Positions 1 through 9,916 of a stretch of 64,000 nt of DNA are shown piece by piece. A program made the position numbers and the translations under genes. This DNA is from Selaginella moellendorffii (lineage: Eukaryota; Plantae; Lycopodiophyta), in contig NW_003314262.1 in NCBI RefSeq assembly GCF_000143415.4, positions 5,886,471-5,950,470 on the forward strand. Reading direction: 5' to 3'. Under the pieces are notes generated by a model. That model did no database searches and was not told the DNA's origin. It was given only the letters and a program-made list of their open reading frames with translations. Numbering within the stretch: the first letter of the stretch is position 1; the number at the start of each line of letters is the position of its first letter.

Positions 1-838
1 TCTCTCGAAACTTGTCTGCAACCATGTAGAAAGCGTTTGCAATGAGAAAGCTAAACGCATGGTGAGGGTTAGAAAATCATACTAAGTGAGAAGGCCTACG
101 TTCTTCTTTAAGCTCTGCCCGAAGGGACGGAAGAAGTGACTTTAGCTTATCGATGGAGTCCACCCTGACCGAGACACCGACTTAGAGCGATCATGATCAT
201 CAAAGGATAGAAACCAAAAACTCACCCAAGAGATTGAAAGCCAGTGATGAACTCTTGCCTCGAAAACTCACACATTGTGGCCGCTCCCATATGCCACGAG
301 ATGACGAGCATCACAACATCTCCGGGGTCGACTTTGAGATCGTCACAGAAAGCCGAGATGCCATCGACCAAGATCATATCCGAGAAACGATCTGAAAGTT
401 GGAAAACAATGGATCGTCAAAGAAAAGAAAAGTTTTCCATCACCCCATACCTTTGTAACGCATGTAAAGCTCCTCTAAGTGCCGAGGATCCGCCATTGGC
501 TTGGACACTGGCTGGTTCGTATAAAAGTACTCGAAAGCCCCTTCCAAGTTCCAATCGCTCGCCTTCAGTGCTGTCAAGGAGGCCTTCTCACTGCCATGGA
601 AGAACAACATCAAGAAGAAGATTCAAGCAAAACAAAAAAGAAAAGACAATCTCTACATACGTTGCTCCCGCGATTGACATGAACTGATGGACTTTGTCCC
701 GCTGTGATCTCCCCAGCTTATGCTGAAAGAGCGCATCGATCAAGGAAAACGAAATTTGCGAAAGAAACCTAAATGGCGCTAGCATCGAATCGATGCGCCG
801 CGCAAAGATTATGCTCGCAGTCGATAGAAACGTACCAT
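1..838 (-). CDS. DCN1: DCN1-like (defective in cullin neddylation) protein, multi-exon, 3' end runs off the window
   Basis: Spliced minus-strand translation M|HKLGRSQRDKVHQFMSIAGAT|EKASLTALKASDWNLEGAFEYFY...DRFSDMILVDGISAFCDDLKVDPGDVVMLVISWHMGAATMCEFSRQEFITG matches the DCN1 UBA-like plus PONY domains. The ATG (838-836) is followed directly by a GT intron. Confidence 0.92.
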
Positions 839-1116
839 CTTCGTGGTCCCGCTGCCCAGCGCTAGGTCCCCCTCTCTCTCCTATCTCTCTCGCATTCCCT
901 CGTCGAAGGAGCTATATACGCGAGTGTTATTTTCCCCTTCCTTGTATAATCAGGTTTGAACCCTAGACCTAAAGATCTTTATAAAACGAATATGCTTTAA
1001 AAATTCTTTAAGAATATTCTTTGGATATAGGAAATCTTTCTCCGGTATCGAACCCCCGGCGCCTGGGGAATAAAGACTTTGGCTATGGTAGACTACCACA
1101 ACGAACTGTCAAGGCG

Positions 1117-2389
1117 ATGGCGATGGCGGCGTCTCCCGGAGCGTCGCATTTGCATGCCAGATCGGGATCCTCGAGGTCGCCAGCGAATCAGGCGCTCTCC
1201 GCCTCGTCGATCGCATTGCCGCAGCGGTGCATCGAGTGCCGGATTTCGTCGGCGTCGTCCCCCAGCCAGCGCCAGATCGTCCACGCCGTCGCCAGGGAGC
1301 CGCTCAAGGTGATGATCTCCGGCGCGCCGGCGTCGGGCAAGGGGACGCAGTGCGAGCTCATCACGGACAAGGTATGCCGATCGTCTTTGCCCCGATAGGA
1401 TTTTGCGCATTGGGGCCTGGACGATCGATCTAGGGGTCTCCACGGCACGATATTTCGACCGGAAGTCGATCGATTGATCGCTTGATTTTCATTTGTGACT
1501 AACTCACAAGTTCTTTTGTGTGATCACAGTATGGTCTTGTACACATAGCAGCTGGAGATTTACTGCGAGCCGAGGTAGCCGCGGGCACTGAGAATGGAAT
1601 CAAAGCTCAAGAGTATATGAACAAAGGCCAGCTCGTTCCAAACGAGATCGTAGTGTCAGTAAGAACACTTATTCTAGCCTCTTATAGTTCTAATCTAACA
1701 CGAGTTATTCATCGTTTTGTGTTTGTTTTGTTCTAGATGGTGAAGCGAAGACTGGAAGAGCAGGACGCGCAGGAGAAAGGCTGGCTGCTGGATGGCTACC
1801 CGCGAAGCGTGTCGCAAGCCGAAGCGCTGGAAGCTCTAAACATCCGGCCTCACGTCTTCATCCTCTTGCAAGTAAGTGGTCGTTTAGTTTTTCTTTGTCT
1901 AGCCTGAAACGATCGAACTTCTCTTACCGATTTTTATCCAGGTTCCCGAGGACATTCTCGTGGAAAGAGTGGTCGGCAGGAGATTGGATCCCGTCACGGG
2001 AAAAATCTACCATCTTACGTATGCTCCTCCCGAGACTCCAGAGATCGAAGCTCGGCTAACTCAGCGAAGCGACGACACGGAAGAGAGGGTAACGTAGCAT
2101 TAGAAACTTTCCCTGGCTTAGTTTTCTCTTCGATTTCCTTCCTCCAGGTGAAGCTCAGGCTTAAAACTCACCGGCAAAACGTCGAGGATGTGCTATCGAT
2201 CTACTCAGACGTGATTGTTCCGGTAAGTTTTGGATCGATCACGAGCTCTTTATTTGCTGAGAATTCTCGATTTGTTTGACACAGGTGGATGGAAATCGGC
2301 CCAAAACCGAGGTTTTCTCGAGCATCGATTCGATTCTAAACGAGATGGTACAAAGCGAGCAATTAGGAGAGGCCATGAGCTCGAGCTAA
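1117..2389 (+). CDS. Adenylate kinase, plastid-targeted, 6 exons
   Basis: Ser/Ala-rich transit-like N-terminus; P-loop [13 protein letters not shown]; GWLLDGYPR; LID region [13 protein letters not shown]; RSDDTEE. GT-AG introns; last exon 2285-2389 ends in TAA. Confidence 0.93.
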
Positions 2390-2516
2390 AGAGCAAAATA
2401 AAATTTTTTGGCGAATATGCCCGTAGATTCTTTACAAAGAATATGCTTAAAATCCTGGGAGATGCTTATAGTGGATTCTTTAATGGCCAAATTCTAGGGT
2501 TTTTGCGCTTGTGGCG

Positions 2517-4773
2517 ATGGCGATCCTCGAGTCCCCGCGCGTTGGCGCTGGAATGCTGGATCACATCCGATCCCTCACGGATGTCGGCACCATGAATCGA
2601 ATGCTCCACGAGAGCATTGCGTACGAGCGCAGCATCGACGGTGAGCTGGAGAGCCTTCTCGCGCAGCGCCAGGAGGTGGAGAAGAAGCTGCTAGGGCTCC
2701 ACCGGACGGGCGAGGTGCTGGAGATCGTCCGCGCCGACGCGGAGCAGATGCTCCGCAGCGTGGAATCGACGTGCGCGCTGGCCAATCTGGTGAGTGGTAA
2801 GGTGAGGGAGCTGGATCTGGCGCAATCGCGAGTCCAGGAGACCCTAGCCCGGATCGAGGCGATCGTGGATCGCGGCAGCTGCATTGACGGCGCCCAGAAG
2901 GCGCTGGCGAGCGAGGATTACGAGTCGGCGGCCAGGAACGTGGAGAGATTTCTCCAGCTCGAGGAGAGGATGGGGGGCCTGGTGGATCCCGCGAGTGACC
3001 AGCACGTCCAGCTGCTGGAATCCAAGAGGAAGCTGGAGGAGGTGATCAAGAAGAGATTCTACGCGGCAGTGGACGCGAGAGATCACGCCGGGGTGGTGAG
3101 ATTTGCGTCGCTGTTTGCTCCTCTTGGGCTCCACGAGGAAGGGATCAAGGCCTACGTGAGCTACCTGAGGAGATCGGTGGATCATCGCGCTCGCGATGGC
3201 TTCGCGGCCGTGAAGGAGACTCCAGACCAGGCGGACTTTGTGGCGGCGCTCAACAACATCTTCAAGGACATCGCCGAGGCGATCGAGGAGAACGAGGAGC
3301 TCCTCAAGAGCTTGAATGGAGAGGATGGGCTCGTCTACGCGATCCGGGAGCTGCAAGAGGAGTGTGACTCGCGCGGCTCGGCCATCGTGAAGAAGTATAT
3401 GGAGTTTCGCGGGCTGGCCAAGCTGGAGAAGGAGATCATCGCGCAGACAAACGCGGAGAAGGACATCGTCGCGCAGTCCAAGCTCTTGATGTCCGCCGGT
3501 GGCGCTGCCGAGGGGCCGGATCTCCGCAGCATCGAGATGTTCTTGGAGGAGATCCTGCTCTTGATCCAGACCAGCGAAGACTACACGCAGTATATGATCG
3601 GGAGAGTGAGGGAGGCTGGATCTTCCGGAGCTCAGCTCAGCCCGCGCTCCACCACATCTTTCAAAGTCGGGAGCTTCTACCGCGCGGTGCAAGAGCTGAC
3701 GAGCCACTATCGCTTGCTGGAGGAGTACTTCATGGCAGAGAACGTCCGCAAGGCGATCAAGCTGGACGAGTTCCCGGCCAATTCCCTGACGACTTCGGTT
3801 GTGGACGACGTCTTCTACGTGCTCCAGAGCTGCACCAGACGCGCGGTCTCCACGTCCAACGTCCATCTCACGCTCTCGATCGTCACTTGCGCGGCCAACC
3901 TACTGGGAAACGAGTACAAGGACGCGCTCCAGAGGAAGATGCGCGAGCCAAACCTGGCGATGAAGCTCTTCGCCGGAGGAACAGGGGTGGTGAAAGTGGG
4001 AATGGAGGTGGCGGCGGCGCTAAACAACATGGACGTGAGTGCCGAGTACGTCCTCAAGCTAAAGGCCGAGATCGAGGAGCAGTGCAACGAGGTAAGCGGT
4101 GCTTCTCGTTTGCTTTCGTCTTTTCTCACGGCTTTAGCAACAGATCTTCCCCGGCCCCGCCGAGAGGGAGAAGCTCAAGTCCTCGCTACTGGAGCTGGGC
4201 GAGGCGAGTGTCTCGTTGCGGCAGATCACAAACTCGGGCCTCGAGCAGCTCGCCAACTGCATCGCCCCTCGGCTGCGCTCCACGCTAGACGCGGTGGGGA
4301 CTGTTTCTTACGAGCTCACCGAAGCACAGTACGCGGAGAACGAGGTGAACGATCCGTGGGTCCAGAAGCTGCTGCACGGAGTGGAGGCCAACGTGAGCTG
4401 GTTGCAGCCGCTGCTCACGGCCGGGAACTACGACACGCTCGTCCACCTCGTCATCGACTTCATCGTGAAGCGGCTGGAGGTTGTCATGGGCCAGAAGCAC
4501 TTCAACCAGCTGGGGGGACTGCAGCTGGACAGGGACGCGCGAGCGCTGGTGGGGCACTTCTCGGGGATGACGCAGAGGACGGTGCGGGACAAGTTCGCGC
4601 GGCTCTCGCAGATGGCCACCATCCTCAACTTGGAGAAGGTGTCGGAGATCCTCGACTACTGGGGGGAGAACTCGGGGCCCATGACGTGGAGGCTCACACC
4701 CAACGAGGTCCGTCGCGTTCTGGGGCTCCGGCTGGATTTCAAGCCCGACGCCATCGCCGCGCTCAAGCTGTGA
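2517..4773 (+). CDS. COG4: Conserved oligomeric Golgi complex subunit 4, 2 exons (intron 4092-4143)
   Basis: ORF 2511-5042 joined to ORF 4216-4773 by a 52-nt GT-AG intron. Motifs VSGKVRELDLAQSRV, SVVDDVFYVLQ, FNQLGGLQLDRD, RDKFARLSQMATILNLEKVSEILDYWG, WRLTPNEVRRVLGLR. Confidence 0.95.
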
Positions 4774-5971
4774 GCCATAGCGACGTCCGAGTCTCGATCG
4801 ATCGATGGGAACTTTTGTCCGTCGGGTTTAGAGGAGAGAGAAGCTCAGCTCCCCCCGGAAAGCTCCAAGACTCTTTCCAGGAGGACGACGTTCCAGCGCT
4901 CGCCATCGCCATTGCTCCAGCGGTTTCTCTTGCGGCTTTAATTTTCTCGTTGGAAAGGTATGTTTGCGAGCTGAGCGTTTGGATCCATCGCCACTTTTTC
5001 TTCTCTCTTTTCTTTATCTTTCTTTGCAGGAAGATGGCTTGAATGAATTCGTAGCTGGCAAGCACATGTAACTGGCGGCTGGTGGCCAAGGATGGAGCTT
5101 TCATTCACACTGGAGATTCCACTGTGTTGGTAGAATATTCTCCCTTTATAAAAAAAATTCTACTCTGTTGGTAGAATATTCCTCCATTTTTAAAAAAGAG
5201 AACTATACACGCTTGGAAACCAACGAACTCCCTGGCGCGAGAAACAATCCATCCATCCGTCCATGCGTTTTTTTGTTTGGATCTCTCTCACGCTTTGTAC
5301 TTACAAAACAATATCATTCACCTATCATTCATCTCGTTCCATTGTCTCGAGATTGATCGATTCGCTTCCACTCAATTCTTTCTCTCTTTTTTTTTTTGGT
5401 TTCTTCGCACTCGTTCTATCTGGTGCTGGCTGCCTGGCTTGATTTTTTCCCTGATCCAGTCCTGTCCAATCCAGGGGAAACCATTCTTTTTCTCGCAATC
5501 ACGATTCCAGAATCGAGTTGTTCCTGGATTTTTTTTCTTGCCTTTCCCCTGTTCCTTGCTTTGCGCCCCGCCGCCTGTGAAGGATCATAGCAGCAATGCT
5601 TTCCTCTCCAGTGGAGCGAAAGCACCACCTCCCTTTTCACGCAAAATTCTTCGCCTTTGCTGCTGCTGCTGCTGCTGCGATGGATGATAACTTTGTGCCG
5701 GTGTGTCCCTGCTGTTGAGCACTGGCGAGCATTAACAAAGCCCCCGGAAAAAAGAAGACCCCGCTGTAGCACGATCCTGATCCCTGACGATGTAGAGATA
5801 TATATCCCCATCCACTGCCGCTTACCACCACCACCACCACACCTTTCTCGCTAGCTACAGCCGATCGTGTCCAAAAAATTTATGTACCGAAGGCCTGATT
5901 GCCAGACGCCAGCGCAATCTCACCACCACCTGGAGATAGATCCCCACTGTTCTTCCCATCTTTTCCTCCTT

Positions 5972-7387
5972 TCACGACAGCTCCTTCCTCAGCTTTCGCG
6001 AGAAAGGCTGGCAGGCGTCGATGCTCAAGTCCACCGCGGCTGCCAGAGCCATGAACACCGCTGCGTCCTCGGCGCAGGTGATGTGCCGCATCGCCAGCTG
6101 AACCAGCGGCCTGCCGGAGGAGCTCTGCCGCTCACCCCGCGTCGTGCAGCTCATCACGAATCCCCCCGACGCCGGCAGCCCGACGTTGATGAAGTTGCAG
6201 TCTCCACTGCTGCGGGGGCTCTGCACGGGAGTTCTCGCCGGCGACGGCGTTGCCGGACGAAACCTCGCCGTGTCGATCGAGAACTCACCCCCGGAGTGTG
6301 AGCTGATGACCGTCTCCGAGACCAAAGCGCCCCCAACGTTTGCCGTGCCGCCGCCACCATTCTCCGCAACTAGCTGGAAACGAAGCCCGAGGCCACCTTT
6401 GCTGCCTCTTTCTTTCCACGCCTCGAGCCTCCCCCACGGCTCCCAGCTGTCTCCACTTGTGGAATCCGGGCGGAGGATGAGCCAGGCCCCGGGATTGGAG
6501 CGGCTGACGCGGTCACTCCCCGCCGACGGCACGAAAGGTGTCACCATTGACGCAGCAGCCACGGGGGAGCCGGATAGATCATGGATCATGATCAGCCACC
6601 CTTTGCGTTCCTTCCTCTCCTTGTGATCATGGCCTCCCAATGGACCCGACCACTTCCCCGCACCGCTACGAGGAGTCTCACACAGTCCCAGCCTGAGAGA
6701 AAAAAAAAAACAAACCATCCAAAGAGTTAGACCACCAAACTCTCTCCAGGAAAAACTCTGACAAGCTCACCTTGATCGGCTCAGTCTATCCCTGCTGAAT
6801 TTGCAGCTGAAGAGCGGTTGCGTGATCTTGCCTTGAATCTGCACGATCTGGGGGCTGGCCACCGTCTCCCCATCAAACTGGAAAATGTAGCGAGGATCCG
6901 CCTCCACTTTGATGACGAGATGGAGCTCGGCTCCTGGCTTGCCATCGGTGGAATTCCCCTTGCCAATGCCCGTCCAGCCGCTGTGGAGCTGGATGGGCTT
7001 TCCTTCCATCCACTGCGAGCTCACCGGCAGCGAGAATGTCCCCATGAGCTTCCCTTCTTTCACTCCACACCGAGTTCCCTGCCGTCCAGTGTAGACCAGA
7101 ACTTCCAGGCATGGAAACGAGCTCTTGAAGCACGAAGTTGGCGAGAGGAGCTTGTCGAGGGCCGACTCGTCGAGGTAGAAGTTGGCGGCGATGCCACGAT
7201 CCGGGGGTGGCGATGTGGGCGAGACGAGCGGCACTGGCGTGGTCTGGACTGGGTAGCCTGGAAGACGGACCTCGCAGAAGAATGGCGATGTCGAGGAGTG
7301 GACTCCTGTTCTAGCGGGCTTGGAGGCGAGCGGCACCCGGACGCCCAGAGCACTCACTGAGAGCTTGACGAATGCGCGAGGATCCAT
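5972..7387 (-). CDS. DUF1005 family plant protein, 2 coding exons (intron 6693-6770)
   Basis: Motifs ADPRYIFQFDGETVASPQIVQIQG, KERKGWLIMIHDLSGSPVAAASMVTPFVPS, VSRSNPGAWLILRP, WEPWGRLEAWKERG, EDAAVFMALAAAVDLSIDACQPFSRKLRKEL. Confidence 0.9.
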
Positions 7388-8235
7388 GTCGATTGCTGGC
7401 GAGTGATCCTTTTGCCCATGCTCAGAAGATCGCTGCTATGTAGTCATTGAGTGCCATGATCTTTGCCCCTGTGGCTGGATGGATAGTGTGATCGCGGCCC
7501 GCCTCTCTTCCAGCCTTGGAAGGCACTGTAAAGGAATGCTTGCTTGCCTGGATAAATGCTGTGCTTTGCTCGTAACGTAAGCGAGGGAGAGAGAGAGGAA
7601 GAGGGGGAGATAGAAAAATCGGCAAGAGAATCGAAAGGGGAGAACCTTCCAAAAGCAAAATCCCTCGCAAAGATCCCCGAATTCTTTTCTTTTCACTCTG
7701 CTATCCAGCAAGAACCCCAGGAATCGCGAATCGACGAAACGCACGAGAAAAGAGGAGAGGAGGGGGGGGGAGGAAACCTGGAGCGCCGCTGCGCGATCTT
7801 CACTCGAAATGCGCGTCGACGACCACCGATCCAGCCGCGAACAAAAGAAATCCCCTGAGAATCCACTGGAGCGCGGTAGAATATCGAGGATGGAGAGCAA
7901 GATTTCCGGCAGGGATTCGTGCGCGCCGGCCTAGGGCTCCTCGCTCGCTCTGGATGGATCGATCTCTCTAATAGGAGAGAGAGGGATTGAAAGAAGAGAG
8001 AAGAGAGAGAGGATCTTCCAGCCCAGTACACTACACACACAGCCAAGCCTGGCCTGTATTCCAGTAGGGTTTTTCGCGTTTTCTTGCCAATGCCATGCCA
8101 ACTCACACACCCTCTTTCACAGCCAGGCAATTAACAGCCTGGCGGGCAAATGGAGGGACCGGCAGTCCGCGACGGCAATATCCAGCAGCTAACAGCGACA
8201 AAAAAGCCCAGCTGACGTGGACTAGCCAGTTGTCT

Positions 8236-8256
8236 AAACCCTAACTCTTAGGGTTT
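8236..8256. promoter_or_regulatory. Inverted pair of telo-boxes (AAACCCTAA-ctc-TTAGGGTTT) in the divergent DUF1005/F-box promoter
   Basis: Read directly. Further TTAGGG(TT) copies at about 8267-8290 and an ACGTGG element at about 8215. Confidence 0.6.
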
Positions 8257-8542
8257 TAGCCCTGTTTTAGGGTTTTGCCCACTTTTAGGGCTCTTGGAAC
8301 TTTTCCCACAACGTGGACATTGCTTCTAACCGACACTAGGTAGGGGATCCCCGCAAGCAAGCATTGCGTGAACACCTGGCCGGTCCAATAGTGTTCTCGC
8401 TTGTATTGTCCGAGCGGGGCATCGATCGATCCATCCTTGTTCGCGTTGTTTGCTTTGGCCGCTCCAACAGTGATCGATCGGCCGTTTCCACGCGCTGCGA
8501 ATTGGAGCCCTCCTCTGGATCGCGCGATCTTTGGCTTCCTTC

Positions 8543-9748
8543 ATGGCGATTGGAGCTACTCTGGAACAATTAAAACCACGCGTGAGCGTCCGAGGAGAAG
8601 AACAAGAGGAGGAAGACAGATTTATGGAGAGTACCATGGTGATCTGGGAGGAGCTCCCGCGGGATCTCGTGAGTAGCGTCGTTTCGTGGCTGCCAATCAC
8701 CGACATTCTTCGATCGCGCACCATCTCCAAGCAGTTCCATGCGTGGATCAGCAGCATCAGCTTCCTGGACGAGATCGCAAGAGTCCCAACGCGAAGTTCC
8801 TGGCTGGTTCTCTTCCCCAGCTCCACACCATCCATCGCCAGTGCCTACGATCCATCGCTGGACTCCTGGCTCTCGCTTCCGGTCCCGCTGCAAATCCAGC
8901 CACTGGCTTCTTCCAGAGGATTGATCTGTGGAGCTCCAAAACCCCATCTTGGGAGCGGCAGTAGCAGGAGCAGCAAAGAACTCCATGTTTGCAATCTCGT
9001 GACGAGATCATGGGTGAGAGTTCCTCAGCCTCGGGAGATGTCGCGATTCTTCTTCCTCGTCGTCGGGATGGTTTCCACCGGCAGGAGCGGATTCACGATC
9101 GTCGTCGCCGGATCCGACCTCGTCTCCCACCATGCCTCCGCCAACTTCAAGCTCTCCGCCTGGGTGTTTGAGTCGCGCAGCTGGAAGTGGACGAAAGGTG
9201 GCACTGTTTTGATCGACGCGGCCATCTCGACGAGCAAGGCGATGAGCGGCAGCACGCTGTTCGTCGTGTCTGGAAACCGCGAGCTCGCAGCATACGATCT
9301 TGGTCGAGGAAGCTGGCGGCGTGTGGATCTTCCAGCAAAGGAGCTCACGTCAGTGAAGCTGGTTGATCGTCTGGGAAGGCTGGTGCTCGTTGCTCGCACT
9401 AACCAGGACGAGATCTCCATCTGGGAACTCCACCAAGAACAGCACAGAAGCCGAGAGAAATCTCTTCCAAGCGATGATCCAAGCTTCTGGATAGAACTGG
9501 ACAGAATGCCTCGGTGCTTGAGCGACGAGCTTCTCCTCAAATCACCGTCGCGAAGATTTGCGTGCGTTGGAAGCGGCGATGTGGCTTACTTCTCCGGCAC
9601 CAAGTGCGCATCGATCCTCGCCTACACATTCTCGACCAGGAGCTGGCGATGGACGAGCTGCTGCTCCAGCAATCCCCATTACGACATGCTCCGGGGCATC
9701 TGCCTCGAGCCCCGGCTGGAAATCAGCCCCGGATCATCCAAGAAGTAG
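8543..9748 (+). CDS. F-box protein with kelch-like/beta-propeller C-terminus, single exon
   Basis: F-box IWEELPRDLVSSVVSWLPITDILRSRTISKQF; AYDPSLDSWLSLP; LASSRGLIC; VCNLVTRSWVRVP. The start could instead be ATG 8624. Confidence 0.85.
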   Translation: MAIGATLEQLKPRVSVRGEEQEEEDRFMESTMVIWEELPRDLVSSVVSWLPITDILRSRTISKQFHAWISSISFLDEIARVPTRSSWLVLFPSSTPSIASAYDPSLDSWLSLPVPLQIQPLASSRGLICGAPKPHLGSGSSRSSKELHVCNLVTRSWVRVPQPREMSRFFFLVVGMVSTGRSGFTIVVAGSDLVSHHASANFKLSAWVFESRSWKWTKGGTVLIDAAISTSKAMSGSTLFVVSGNRELAAYDLGRGSWRRVDLPAKELTSVKLVDRLGRLVLVARTNQDEISIWELHQEQHRSREKSLPSDDPSFWIELDRMPRCLSDELLLKSPSRRFACVGSGDVAYFSGTKCASILAYTFSTRSWRWTSCCSSNPHYDMLRGICLEPRLEISPGSSKK

Positions 9749-9916
9749 TGAGAAAACCCTGTAAGATTGTTCTTCCACTCCAAGAACATACCATTGGATT
9801 GCAGATCGCTCTCGCCTCGTTCGCTTGTATGCTTGCGCTAGACCTAGAAATATTGCTAGAAATGTGAGCTTGGAGTTAAACCTAGAAGGGGGCTTCTCTT
9901 TCTCTTCGATGGAGTG

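Noticed and set aside
2511-5042. 843-aa ORF as a single-exon gene
   Set aside because: It reads through a 52-nt intron into the wrong frame; the true COG4 C-terminus is in ORF 4216-4773.
5125-5200. Local duplication of about 41 bp (TGTTGGTAGAATATTC...) and (CTG)n/(CCA)n microsatellites at 5658-5840
   Set aside because: Ordinary slippage products with no supporting structure.
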